Below, piece after piece: positions 17,701 to 35,000 of a stretch of 64,000 bases of DNA. Under the pieces are notes generated by a model, which was not told the origin of the DNA, did no database searches, and worked only from the letters and a program-made list of their open reading frames with translations. Source of the DNA: Eledone cirrhosa (Eukaryota). Each line of letters starts with the position of its first letter. The first letter of the stretch is position 1. Both the position numbers and the translations under genes were made by a program. The stretch is from the NCBI GenBank assembly GCA_964016885.1, contig OZ024740.1, forward strand, positions 440,014,001 through 440,078,000, given 5' to 3'.

Positions 17701-20700
17701 AACACCACAAGTCTGACATCTAGACAATAACACCCATTTCTGACATCTATATAATAACACATCTCTGACATCTATATAATAACACCACATGTCTGACATC
17801 TATATAATAACACCACAAGTCTGACATCTATATAATAACACCACAAGTCTGACATCTATACAATAATACCACATGTCTAACATCTATATAATAACACCAT
17901 ATGTCTGACATCTATACAATAATACCACATGTCTGACATATATATAATAACACCACATGTCTGACATCTATATAATAACACCACAAGTCTGACATCTATA
18001 TAATAACACCACAAGTCTGACATCTATACAATAATACCACATGTCTAACATCTATATAATAGCACCATATGTCTGACATCTATACAATAATACCACATGT
18101 CTGACATCTATATAATAACACCACATGTCTGACATCTATATAATAACACCGCATGTCTGACATCTATATAATAACACCACAAGTATGACATCTATATAAT
18201 AACACCACATGTCTGATATTTATATAATAACACCACATGTCTAACTTCTATATAATAACACCACATGTCTGACATATATATAATAACACCACATGTCTGA
18301 CATCTATATAATAACACCACAAGTCTGACATCTATATAATAACACCACAAGTCTGACATCTATACAATAATACCAGATGTCTGACATATATATAATAACA
18401 CAAGATGTCTGACATCTATATAATAACACCACATGTGACATCTATATATTAACACCACATCTCTGACATCTATATAATAACACCACAAGTCAGACATCTA
18501 TATAATAACACCACATGTCTGACATCTATATAATAACACCACAAGTCTGACATCTGTATAATAACACCAGAGGCCTGACATCTATATAATAACACATGTC
18601 TGCCATCTATATAATAACACCACAAGTCTGAAATCTATATAATAGCACCACAAGTCTGACATCTATACAATAATACCAGATGTCTGACATATATATAATA
18701 ACACAACATGACTGACATCTATATAATAACACCACATGTCTGACATCTATATAATAACACCACATGTCTTACATCTATATAATAACACCACATGTCTGAC
18801 ATCTATATAATAACACCGCATGTCTGACATCTATATAATAACACCACAAGTATGACATCTATATAATAACACCACATGTCTGATATTTATATAATAACAC
18901 CACATGTCTAACTTCTATATAACAACACCACATGTCTGACATATATATAATAACACCACATGTCTGACATCTATATAATAACACCACAAGTCTGACATCT
19001 ATATAATAACACCACAAGTCTGACATCTATACAATAATACCAGATGTCTGACATATATATAATAACACCAGATGTCTGACATCTATATAATAACACCACA
19101 TGTGACATCTATATAATAACACCACATCTCTGACATCTATATAATAACACCACAAGTCAGACATCTATATAATAACACCACATGTCTGACATCTATATAA
19201 TAACACCACAAGTCTGACATCTGTATAATAACACCAGAGGCCTGACATCTATATAATAACACATGTCTGACATCTATATAACAACACCACAAGTCTGAAA
19301 TCTATATAATAACACCACAAGTCTGACATCTATACAATAATACCAGATGTCTGACATATATATAATAACACAACATGACTGACATCTATATAATAACACC
19401 ACATGTCTGACATCTATATAATAACACCACAAGTCTGACATCTATATAATAGCATCACATGTCTGACATCTATATAAAAACACCACATGTCTGACATCTA
19501 TATAATAACACCACAAGACTTACATCTATATAATAACACCAGAAGTCTGACATCTATATAATAACACCACATGTCTGACATCTATATAATAACACCACAA
19601 TCTGACATCTATATAATAACACCACATGTCTGACATTTATATAATTACACCACATGTCTGACATCTATATAATAACACCACATGTCTGACATCTATATAA
19701 TAACACCACATGTCTGACATCTATATAATAACACCACATGTCTGACATCTATATAATAACACCACAAGTCTGACATCTATATAATAACACCAGATGTCTG
19801 ACATCTATATAATAATACCACAAGTCTGACATCTATATAATAACACCAGATGTCTGACATCTATATAATAACACCACCTTTCTGCCATCTATATAATAAC
19901 ACCACATGTCTGACTTCTATATAATAACACCAGATATCTGACATCTATATAATAACACCACATATCTGCCATCTATATAATAACACAACATGTCTGACAT
20001 CTATATAATAACACCAGATGTCTGACATCTATACAATAACACCACAAGTCTGCATCTATATAATAACACCATATGACTGACATCTATATAATAACAACAC
20101 AAGTCTGACATCTATATAATAACACCACATGTCTGACATCTATATAATAACATCACAAATCTGACATCTATATAATAACACCACAAGTCTGACATCTATA
20201 CAATTATACCACATGTCTGACATCTATATAATAACACCAGATGTCTGACATCTATATAATAACACCACATGTGACATCTATATAATAACACCACATGTCT
20301 GACATCTATATAATAACACCACAAGTCTGACATCTATATAATAATACCATATGTCTGACATCTATATAATAACACCAGATGTCTGACATCAATATAATAA
20401 CACCACATGTCTGCCATCTATATAATAACACCACATCTCTGACATCTATATAATAACACCACATGTCTGACATCTATATAATAACACCACAAGTCTGACA
20501 TCTATATAATAACACCACATGTCCTGACATCTATATAATAACACCACAAGTCTGACATCTATATAGTAACACCACAAGTCTGAAATCTATACTATATTAC
20601 CAGATGTCTGACATATATATAATAATACCACATGTCTGACATCTATATAATTACATCACAAATCTCACATCTATATAATAACACCACAAGTCTGACATCT

Positions 20701-23700
20701 ATACAATAATACCACATGTCTGACATCTATATAATAACACCAGATGTCTGACATCTATATAATAACACCACAAGTGACATCTATATAATAACACCACATG
20801 TCTGACATCTATATAATAACACCACAAGTCTGACATCTATATAATAACACCACATGTCTGACATCTATATAATAACATCACATGTGTGACATCTATATAA
20901 TAACACCACATGTCTGACATCAATCTAATAACACCACAAGTCTGACATCTATATAATAACACCACAAGTCTGACATCGATATAATAACACCACATGTCTG
21001 ACATCTATATAATAACACCACAAGTCTGACGTCTATATAATAACACCAGAGGCCTGACATCTATATAATAACACAACATGTCTGACATCTATATAATAAC
21101 ACCACAAGTCTGACATCTATATAATAACACCAGATGTCTGACATCTATATAATAACACCAGATGTCTGACATCTATATAATAACACCACATGTGACATAT
21201 ATAATAACACCACATGTCTGACATCTATATAATAACACCACATGTCTGACATCTATATAATAGCACCAGATGTCTAACATCTATATAATAACACATGTAT
21301 GACATCTATATAATAACACCACATGTCTGACATCTATATAATAACACCACACGTCTGACATCTATGTAATAACACCACATGTCTGACATCTATATAATAA
21401 CACCACATGTCTGACATATATATAATAACACCACATGTCTGACATCTATATAATAACACCACAAGTCTGACATCTATATAATAACACCACAAGTCTGACA
21501 TCTATATAATAACACCACATGTCTGACATCTATATAATAACACCACAAGTCTGACATCTATATAATAACACCAGAGGCCTGACATCTATATAATAACACC
21601 ACAAGTCTGACATCTATATAATAACACCACAAGTCTGACATCTATATAATAACACCAGATGTCTGACATCTATATAATAACAACAGATGTCTGACATCTA
21701 TATAATAACACCACATGTCTGCCATCTATATAATAACACCACATCTCTGACATCTATATAATAACACCACATGTCTGACACCTATATAATAACACCACAA
21801 GTCTGACATCTATATAATAACACCAGAGGCCTGACATCTATATAATAACACCACAAGTCTGACATCTATATAATAACACCACAAGTCTGACATCTATACA
21901 ATAATACCAGATGTCTGACATATATATAATAACACAACATGACTGACATCTATATAATAACACGACATGTCTGACATCTATATAATAACACCACAAGTCT
22001 TACATCTATATAATAACACCACATGTCTGACATCTATATAATAACACCACATGTCTGACATCTATATAATAACACATGTCTGACATCTATATAATAACAC
22101 CACAAGTCTGAAATCTATATAATAACACCACAAGTCTGACATCTATACAATAATACCAGATGTCTGACATATATATAATAACACAACATGACTGACATCT
22201 ATATAATAACACCACATGTCTGACATCTATATAATAACACCACAAGTCTTACATCTATATAATAACACCACATGTCTGACATCTATATAATAACACCACA
22301 TGTCTGACATCTATATAATAACACCACAAGACTTACATCTATATAATAACACCACAAGTCTGACATCTATATAATAACACCGCATGTCTGACATCTATAT
22401 AATAACACCACAATCTGACATCTATATAATAACACCACATGTCTGACATTTATATAATTACACCACATGTCTGACATCTATACAATAACACCACATGTCT
22501 GACATCTATATAATAACACCACATATCTGACATATATATAATAACACCACATGTCTGACATCTATATAATAACACCACCTTTCTGCCATCTATATAATAA
22601 CACCACATGTCTGACATCTATATAATAACACCAGATGTCTGACATCTATATAATAACACCACATATCTGCCATCTATATAATAACACAACATGTCTGACA
22701 TCTATATAATAACACCAGATGTCTGACATCTATACAATAACACCACAAGTCTGCATCTATATAATAACACCATATGACTGACATCTATATAATAACAACA
22801 CAAGTCTGACATCTATATAATAACACCACATGTCTGACATCTATATAATAACATCACAAATCTGACATCTATATAATAACACCACAAATCTGACATCTAT
22901 ACAATTATACCACATGTCTGACATCTATATAATAACACCAGATGTTTGACATCTATATAATAACACCACATGTGACATCTATATATTAACACCACATGTC
23001 TGACATCTATATAATAACACCACAAGTCTGACATCTATATAATAACACCACATGTCTGATATCTATATAATAACACCACATGTGTGACATCTATATAATA
23101 ACACCACATGTCTGACATCTATCTAATAACACCACAAGTCTGACATCTATATAATAACACCACATGTCTGACATCTATACAATTATACCACAAATCTGAC
23201 ATCTATATAATAACACCACACGTCTGACATCTATATAATAATACCATATGTCTGACATCTATATAATAACACCACATGTCTGACATCTATATAATAACAC
23301 CACAAGTCTGACATCTATATAATAACACCACATGTCTGACATCTATATAATAACACCACATGTCTGACATATATATAATAACACCGCATGTCTGACATCT
23401 ATATAATAACACCACAAGTCTGACATCTATACAATCACACCCATTTCTGACATCTATATAATAACACATGTCTGACATCTATATAATAACACCACATGTC
23501 TGACATCTATATAATAACACCGCAAGTCTGACATCTATATAATAACACCACAAGTCTGACATCTATAAAATAATACCACATGTCTAACATCTATATAATA
23601 ACACCATATGTCTGACATCTATACAATAATACCACATGTCTGACATCTATATAATAACACCACATGTCTGACATCTATATAATAACACCGCATGTGACAT

Positions 23701-26700
23701 CTATAAAATAACACCACATGTCTGACAACTATAAATTAACACCACAAGATTGACATCTATATAATAACACCACAAGTCTGACATCTATATAATAACAGCA
23801 CAAGTCTGACATCTATATAATAACACCACATGTCTGATATCTATATAATAACACCACAATTGTGACATCTATATAATAACACCACATGTCTGACATCTAT
23901 ATAATAATACCATATGTCTGACATCTATATAATAACACCGCATGTCTGACATCTATATAATAACACCACAAGTCTGACATCTATATAATAATACCATATG
24001 TCTGACATCTATATAATAACACCACATGTCTGACATCTATATAATAACACCGCATGTCTGACATCTATATAATAACACCACAAGTCTGACATCTATATAA
24101 TAACACATGTCTGACATCTATATAATAACACCACAAGTCTGACATCTATATAATAACACCACATGTCTGACATCTATATAATAACACCACATGTGTGACA
24201 TCTATATAATAACACCACATGTCTGACATCAATCTAATAACACCACAAGTCTGACATCTATATAATAACACCACAAGTCTGACATCTATATAATAATACC
24301 ATATGTCTGACATCTATATAATAACACCACATCTCTGACATCTATATAATAACACCACAAGTCTGACATCTATATAATAACACCACATGTCTGACATCTA
24401 TATAATAACACGACAAGTCTGACATTTATATAATAACACCACAAGTCTGACATCTATATAATAATACCATATGTCTGACATCTATATAATAACACCACAT
24501 GTCTGACATCTATATAATAACACCACAAGTCTGACATCTATATAATAACACCACATGTCTGACATCTATATAATAACACCACATGTCTGACATCTATATA
24601 ATAACACATGTCTGACATGTATATAATAACACCACATGTCTGACATCTATATAATAACACCACAAGTCTGACATCTATATAATAACACCACAAGTCTGAC
24701 ATCTATACAATAATACCACATGTCTAACATCTATATAATAACACCATATGTCTGACATCTATACAATAATACCACATGTCTGACATCTATATAATAACAC
24801 CACATGTCTGACATCTATATAATAACACCGCATGTCTGACATATATATAATAACACCACAAGTATGACATCTATATAATAACACCACATGTCTGATATTT
24901 ATATAATAACACCACATGTCTAACTTCTATATAACAACACCACATGTCTGACATATATATAATAACACCACATGTCTGACATCTATATAATAACACCACA
25001 AGTCTGACATCTATATAATAACACCACAAGTCTGACATCTTTACAATAATACCAGATGTCTGACATATATATAATAACACCAGATGTCTGACATCTATAT
25101 AATAACACCACATGTGACATCTATATAATAACACCACATCTCTGACATCTATATAATAACACCACAAGTCAGACATCTATATAATAACACCACATGTCTG
25201 ACATCTATATAATAACACCACAAGTCTGACATCTGTATAATAACACCAGAGGCCTGACATCTATATAATAACACATGTCTGACATCTATATAACAACACC
25301 ACAAGTCTGAAATCTATATAATAACACCACATGTCTGACATCTATACAATAATACCATATGTCTGACATATATATAATAACACAACATGACTGACATCTA
25401 TATAATAACACCACATGTCTGACATCTATATAATAACACCACAAGTCTTACATCTATATAATAACACCACAAGACTTACATCTATATAATAACACCAGAA
25501 GTCTGACATCTATATAATAACACCGCATGTCTGACATCTATATAAAAACACCACATGTCTGACATCTATATAATAACACCACAAGACTTACATCTATATA
25601 ATAACACCAGAAGTCTGACATCTATATAATAACACCGCATGTCTGACATCTATATAATAACACCACAATCTGACATCTATATAATAACACCACATGTCTG
25701 ACATTTATATAATTACACCACATGTCTGACATCTATATAATAACACCACATGTCTGACATCTATATAATAACACCACATGTCTGACATCTATATAATAAC
25801 ACCGCATGTCTGACATCTATATAATAACACCACAAGTCTGACATCTATATAATAACACCAGATGTCTGACATCTATATAATAATACCACAAGTCTGACAT
25901 CTATATAATAACACCAGATGTCTGACATCTATATAATAACACCACCTTTCTGCCATCTATATAATAACACCACATGTCTGACATCTATATAATAACACCA
26001 GATGTCTGACATCTATATAATAACACCACATATCTGCCATCTATATAATAACACAACATGTCTGACATCTATATAATAACACCAGATGTCTGACATCTAT
26101 ACAATAACACCACAAGTCTGCATCTATATAATAACACCATATGACTGACATCTATATAATAACAACACAAGTCTGACATCTATATAATAACACCACATGT
26201 CTGACATCTATATAATAACATCACAAATCTGACATCTATATAATAACACCACAAGTCTGACATCTATACAATTATACCACATGTCTGACATCTATATAAT
26301 AACACCAGATGTCTGACATCTATATAATAACACCACATGTGACATCTATATAATAACACCACATGTCTGACATCTATATAATAACACCACAAGTCTGACA
26401 TCAATATAATAACACCACATGTCTGACATCTATATAATAACACCACATGTGTGACCTCTATATAATAACACCACATGTCTGACATCTATCTAATAACACC
26501 ACAAGTCTGACATCTATCTAATAACACCACATGTCTGACATCTATACAATTATACCACAAGTCTGACATCTATATAATAACACCACAAGTCTGACATCTA
26601 TATAATAATACCATATGTCTGACATCTATATAATAGCACCACATGTCTGACATCTATATAATAACACCACAAGTCTGACATCTATATAATAACACCACAT

Positions 26701-29440
26701 GTCTGACATCTATATAATAACACCACATGTCTGACATCTATATAATAACACCGCATGTCTGACATCTATATAATAACACCACAAGTCTGACATCTAGACA
26801 ATAACACCCATTTCTGGCATCTATATAATAACACATCTCTGACATCTATATAATAACACCACATGTCTGACATCTATATAATAACACCACAAGTCTGACA
26901 TATATATAATAACACCACAAGTCTGACATCTATACAATAATACCACATGTCTAACATCTATATAATAACACCATATGTCTGACATCTATACAATAATACC
27001 ACATGTCTGACATATATATAATAACACCACATGTCTGACATCTATATAATAACACCACAAGTCTGACATCTATATAATAACACCACAAGTCTGACATCTA
27101 TACAATAATACCACATGTCTAACATCTATATAATAGCACCATATGTCTGACATCTATACAATAATACCACATGTCTGACATCTATATAATAACACCACAT
27201 GTCTGACATCTGTATAATAACACCGCATGTCTGACATCTATATAATAACACCACAAGTATGACATCTATATAATAACACCACATGTCTGATATTTATATA
27301 ATAACACCACATGTCTAACTTCTATATAATAACACCACATGTCTGACATATATATAATAACACCACATGTCTGACATCTATATAATAACACCACAAGTCT
27401 GACATCTATATAATAACACCACAAGTCTGACATCTATACAATAATACCAGATGTCTGACATATATATAATAACACAAGATGTCTGACATCTATATAATAA
27501 CACCACATGTGACATCTATATATTAACACCACATCTCTGACATCTATATAATAACACCACAAGTCAGACATCTATATAATAACACCACATGTCTGACATC
27601 TATATAATAACACCACAAGTCTGACATCTGTATAATAACACCAGAGGCCTGACATCTATATAATAACACATGTCTGCCATCTATATAATAACACCACAAG
27701 TCTGAAATCTATATAATAGCACCACAAGTCTGACATCTATACAATAATACCAGATGTCTGACATATATATAATAACACAACATGACTGACATCTATATAA
27801 TAACACCACATGTCTGACATCTATATAATAACACCACATGTCTTACATCTATATAATAACACCACATGTCTGACATCTATATAATAACACCGCATGTCTG
27901 ACATCTATATAATAACACCACAAGTATGACATCTATATAATAAAACCACATGTCTGATATTTATATAATAACACCACATGTCTAACTTCTATATAACAAC
28001 ACCACATGTCTGACATATATATAATAACACCACATGTCTGACATCTATATAATAACACCACAAGTCTGACATCTATATAATAACACCACAAGTCTGACAT
28101 CTATACAATAATACCAGATGTCTGACATATATATAATAACACCAGATGTCTGACATCTATATAATAACACCACATGTGACATCTATATAATAACACCACA
28201 TCTCTGACATCTATATAATAACACCACAAGTCAGACATCTATATAATAACACCACATGTCTGACATCTATATAATAACACCACAAGTCTGACATCTGTAT
28301 AATAACACCAGAGGCCTGACATCTATATAATAACACATGTCTGACATCTATATAACAACACCACAAGTCTGAAATCTATATAATAACACCACAAGTCTGA
28401 CATCTATACAATAATACCAGATGTCTGACATATATATAATAACACAACATGACTGACATCTATATAATAACACCACATGTCTGACATCTATATAATAACA
28501 CCACAAGTCTGACATCTATATAATAGCATCACATGTCTGACATCTATATAAAAACACCACATGTCTGACATCTATATAATAACACCACAAGACTTACATC
28601 TATATAATAACACCAGAAGTCTGACATCTATATAATAACACCACATGTCTGACATCTATATAATAACACCACAATCTGACATCTATATAATAACACCACA
28701 TGTCTGACATTTATATAATTACACCACATGTCTGACATCTATATAATAACACCACATGTCTGACATCTATATAATAACACCACATGTCTGACATCTATAT
28801 AATAACACCACATGTCTGACATCTATATAATAACACCACAAGTCTGACATCTATATAATAACACCAGATGTCTGACATCTATATAATAATACCACAAGTC
28901 TGACATCTATATAATAACACCAGATGTCTGACATCTATATAATAACACCACCTTTCTGCCATCTATATAATAACACCACATGTCTGACTTCTATATAATA
29001 ACACCAGATATCTGACATCTATATAATAACACCACATATCTGCCATCTATATAATAACACAACATGTCTGACATCTATATAATAACACCAGATGTCTGAC
29101 ATCTATACAATAACACCACAAGTCTGCATCTATATAATAACACCATATGAGTGACATCTATATAATAACAACACAAGTCTGACATCTATATAATAACACC
29201 ACATGTCTGACATCTATATAATAACATCACAAATCTGACATCTATATAATAACACCACAAGTCTGACATCTATACAATTATACCACATGTCTGACATCTA
29301 TATAATAACACCAGATGTCTGACATCTATATAATAACACCACATGTGACATCTATATAATAACACCACATGTCTGACATCTATATAATAACACCACAAGT
29401 CTGACATCTATATAATAATACCATATGTCTGACATCTATA
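11290..29440. repeat. Tandem segmental duplication of 9,073/9,074 bp (copy 1 ~11290-20365, copy 2 ~20366-29440)
   Basis: Marker pairs share the offset: CATCAAT 11314/20387, TACTATATTACC 11517/20590, CCTTTCTGCC 13505/22578 and 16872/25945, CTAGAC 17720/26794, CCATATG 20347/29421. ORF pairs 14214/23287, 15798/24871 and 17190/26264 agree. Confidence 0.93.
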
Positions 29441-32400
29441 TAATAGCACCACATGTCTGACATCTATATAATAACACCACAAGTCTGACATCTATATAAT
29501 AACACCACATGTCTGACATCTATATAATAACACCACATGTCTGACATCTATATAATAACACCGCATGTCTGACATCTATATAATAACACCACAAGTCTGA
29601 CATCTAGACAATAACACCCATTTCTGACATCTATATAATAACACATCTCTGACATCTATATAATAACACCACATGTCTGACATCTATATAATAACACCAC
29701 AAGTCTGACATCTATATAATAACACCACAAGTCTGACATCTATACAATAATACCACATGTCTAACATCTATATAATAACACCATATGTCTGACATCTATA
29801 CAATAATACCACATGTCTGACATATATATAATAACACCACATGTCTGACATCTATATAATAACACCACAAGTCTGACATCTATATAATAACACCACAAGT
29901 CTGACATCTATACAATAATACCACATGTCTAACATATATATAATAACACCATATGTCTGACATCTATACAATAATACCACATGTCTGACATCTATATAAT
30001 AACACCACATGTCTGACATCTATATAATAACACCGCATGTCTGACATCTATATAATAACACCACAAGTATGACATCTATATAATAACACCACATGTCTGA
30101 TATTTATATAATAACACCACATGTCTAACTTCTATATAATAACACCACATGTCTGACATATATATAATAACACCACATGTCTGACATCTATATAATAACA
30201 CCACAAGTCTGACATCTATATAATAACACCACAAGTCTGACATCTATACAATAATACCAGATGTCTGACATATATATAATAACACAAGATGTCTGACATC
30301 TATATAATAACACATGTCTGACATCTATATAATAACACCACAAGTCTGAAATCTATATAATAGCACCACAAGTCTGACATCTATACAATAACACCACAAG
30401 TCTGCATCTATATAATAACACCATATGACTGACATCTATATAATAACAACACAAGTCTGACATCTATATAATAACACCACATGTCTGACATCTATATAAT
30501 AACATCACAAATCTGACATCTATATAATAACACCACAAGTCTGACATCTATACAATTATACCACATGTCTGACATCTATATAATAACACCACATGTCTGA
30601 CATCTATATAATAACACCACAAGTCTGACATCTATATAATAACACCACATGTCTGACATCTATATAATAACACCACATGTGTGACATCTATATAATAACA
30701 CCACATGTCTGACATCTATATAATAACACCACAAGTCTGACATCTATATAATAACACCACATGTCTGACATCTATATAATAACACCACATGTCTGACATC
30801 TATATAATAACACCACAAGTCTGACATCTATATAATAACACCACAAGTCTGACATCTATACAATAATACCACATGTCTAACATCTATATAATAACACCAT
30901 ATGTCTGACATCTATACAATAATACCACATGTCTGACATCTATATAATAACACCACATGCCTGACATCTATATAATAACACCGCATGTCTGACATCTATA
31001 TAATAACACCACAAGTATGACATCTATATAATAACACCACATGTCTGATATTTATATAATAACACCACATGTCTAACTTCTATATAATAGCACCACATGT
31101 CTGACATATATATAATAACACCACATGTCTGACATCTATATAATAACACCACAAGTCTGACATCTATATAATAACACCACAAGTCTGACATCTATACAAT
31201 AATACCAGATGTCTGACATATATATAATAACACAAGATGTCTGACATCTATATAATAACACATGTCTGACATCTATATAATAACACCACAAGTCTGAAAT
31301 CTATATAATAGCACCACAAGTCTGACATCTATACAATAACACCACAAGTCTGCATCTATATAATAACACCATATGACTGACATCTATATAATAACAACAC
31401 AAGTCTGACATCTATATAATAACACCACATGTCTGACATCTATATAATAACATCACAAATCTGACATCTATATAATAACACCACAAGTCTGACATCTATA
31501 CAATTATACCACATGTCTGACATCTATATAATAACACCACATGTCTGACATCTATATAATAACACCACAAGTCTGACATCTATATAATAACACCACATGT
31601 CTGACATCTATATAATAACACCACATGTGTGACATCTATATAATAACACCACATGTCTGACATCTATATAATAACACCACAAGTCTGACATCTATATAAT
31701 AACACCACATGTGTGACATCTATATAATAACACCACATGTCTGACATCTATATAATAACACCACATGTCTGACATCTATATAATAACACCACATGTCTGA
31801 CATCTATATAATAACACCGCATGTCTGACATCTATATAATAACACCACAAGTCTGACATCTATACAATAACACCCATTTCTGACATCTATATAATAACAC
31901 ATGTCTGACATCTATATAATAACACCACAAGTCTGACATCTATATAATAACACCACATGTCTGACATCTATATAATAACACCGCATGTGACATCTATATA
32001 ATAACACCACATGTCTGACAACTATAAATTAACACCAGAAGTCTGACATCTATATAATAACACCACAAGTCTGACATCTATATAATAACAGCACAAGTCT
32101 GACATCTATATAATAACACCACATGTCTGATATCTATATAATAACACCACAATTCTGACATCTATATATTAACACCACATGTCTGACATCTATATAATAA
32201 CACCGCATGTCTGACATCTATATAATAACACCACATGTCTGACATCTATATAATAACACCACAAGTCTGACATCTATATAATAACACCAGATGTCTGACA
32301 TCTATATAATAATACCACAAGTCTGACATCTATATAATAACACCAGATGTCTGACATCTATATAATAACACCACCTTTCTGCCATCTATATAATAACACC

Positions 32401-35000
32401 ACATGTCTGACTTCTATATAATAACACCAGATATCTGACATCTATATAATAACACCACATATCTGCCATCTATATAATAACACAACATGTCTGACATCTA
32501 TATAATAACACCAGATGTCTGACATCTATACAATAACACCACAAGTCTGCATCTATATAATAACACCATATGAGTGACATCTATATAATAACAACACAAG
32601 TCTGACATCTATATAATAACACCACATGTCTGACATCTATATAATAACATCACAAATCTGACATCTATATAATAACACCACAAGTCTGACATCTATACAA
32701 TTATACCACATGTCTGACATCTATATAATAACACCAGATGTCTGACATCTATATAATAACACCACATGTGACATCTATATAATAACACCACATGTCTGAC
32801 ATCTATATAATAACACCACAAGTCTGACATCTATATAATAATACCATATGTCTGACATCTATATAATAGCACCACATGTCTGACATCTATATAATAACAC
32901 CACAAGTCTGACATCTATATAATAACACCACATGTCTGACATCTATATAATAACACCACATGTCTGACATCTATATAATAACACCGCATGTCTGACATCT
33001 ATATAATAACACCACAAGTCTGACATCTAGACAATAACACCCATTTCTGACATCTATATAATAACACATCTCTGACATCTATATAATAACACCACATGTC
33101 TGACATCTATATAATAACACCACAAGTCTGACATCTATATAATAACACCACAAGTCTGACATCTATACAATAATACCACATGTCTAACATCTATATAATA
33201 ACACCATATGTCTGACATCTATACAATAATACCACATGTCTGACATATATATAATAACACCACATGTCTGACATCTATATAATAACACCACAAGTCTGAC
33301 ATCTATATAATAACACCACAAGTCTGACATCTATACAATAATACCACATGTCTAACATATATATAATAACACCATATGTCTGACATCTATACAATAATAC
33401 CACATGTCTGACATCTATATAATAACACCACATGTCTGACATCTATATAATAACACCGCATGTCTGACATCTATATAATAACACCACAAGTATGACATCT
33501 ATATAATAACACCACATGTCTGATATTTATATAATAACACCACATGTCTAACTTCTATATAATAACACCACATGTCTGACATATATATAATAACACCACA
33601 TGTCTGACATCTATATAATAACACCACAAGTCTGACATCTATATAATAACACCACAAGTCTGACATCTATACAATAATACCAGATGTCTGACATATATAT
33701 AATAACACAAGATGTCTGACATCTATATAATAACACATGTCTGACATCTATATAATAACACCACAAGTCTGAAATCTATATAATAGCACCACAAGTCTGA
33801 CATCTATACAATAACACCACAAGTCTGCATCTATATAATAACACCATATGACTGACATCTATATAATAACAACACAAGTCTGACATCTATATAATAACAC
33901 CACATGTCTGACATCTATATAATAACATCACAAATCTGACATCTATATAATAACACCACAAGTCTGACATCTATACAATTATACCACATGTCTGACATCT
34001 ATATAATAACACCACATGTCTGACATCTATATAATAACACCACAAGTCTGACATCTATATAATAACACCACATGTCTGACATCTATATAATAACACCACA
34101 TGTGTGACATCTATATAATAACACCACATGTCTGACATCTATATAATAACACCACAAGTCTGACATCTATATAATAACACCACATGTCTGACATCTATAT
34201 AATAACACCACATGTCTGACATCTATATAATAACACCACAAGTCTGACATCTATATAATAACACCACAAGTCTGACATCTATACAATAATACCACATGTC
34301 TAACATCTATATAATAACACCACATGTCTGACATCTATATAATAACACCACAAGTCTGACATCTATATAATAACACCACATGTCTGACATCTATATAATA
34401 ACACCACATGTGTGACATCTATATAATAACACCACATGTCTGACATCTATATAATAACACCACAAGTCTGACATCTATATAATAACACCACATGTGTGAC
34501 ATCTATATAATAACACCACATGTCTGACATCTATATAATAACACCACATGTCTGACATCTATATAATAACACCACATGTCTGACATCTATATAATAACAC
34601 CGCATGTCTGACATCTATATAATAACACCACAAGTCTGACATCTATACAATAACACCCATTTCTGACATCTATATAATAACACATGTCTGACATCTATAT
34701 AATAACACCACAAGTCTGACATCTATATAATAACACCACATGTCTGACATCTATATAATAACACCGCATGTGACATCTATATAATAACACCACATGTCTG
34801 ACAACTATAAATTAACACCACAAGTCTGACATCTATATAATAACACCACAAGTCTGACATCTATATAATAACAGCACAAGTCTGACATCTATATAATAAC
34901 ACCACATGTCTGATATCTATATAATAACACCACAATTCTGACATCTATATATTAACACCACATGTCTGACATCTATATAATAACACCGCATGTCTGACAT
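28790..35000. repeat. Tandem duplication with 3,423-bp offset (second copy carries a ~640-bp deletion near 34320)
   Basis: CCTTTC 28951/32374, GACTTC 28986/32409, the private variant ATATGAGTGAC 29149/32572 and CTAGAC 29604/33027 are all offset by 3423. Confidence 0.85.
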
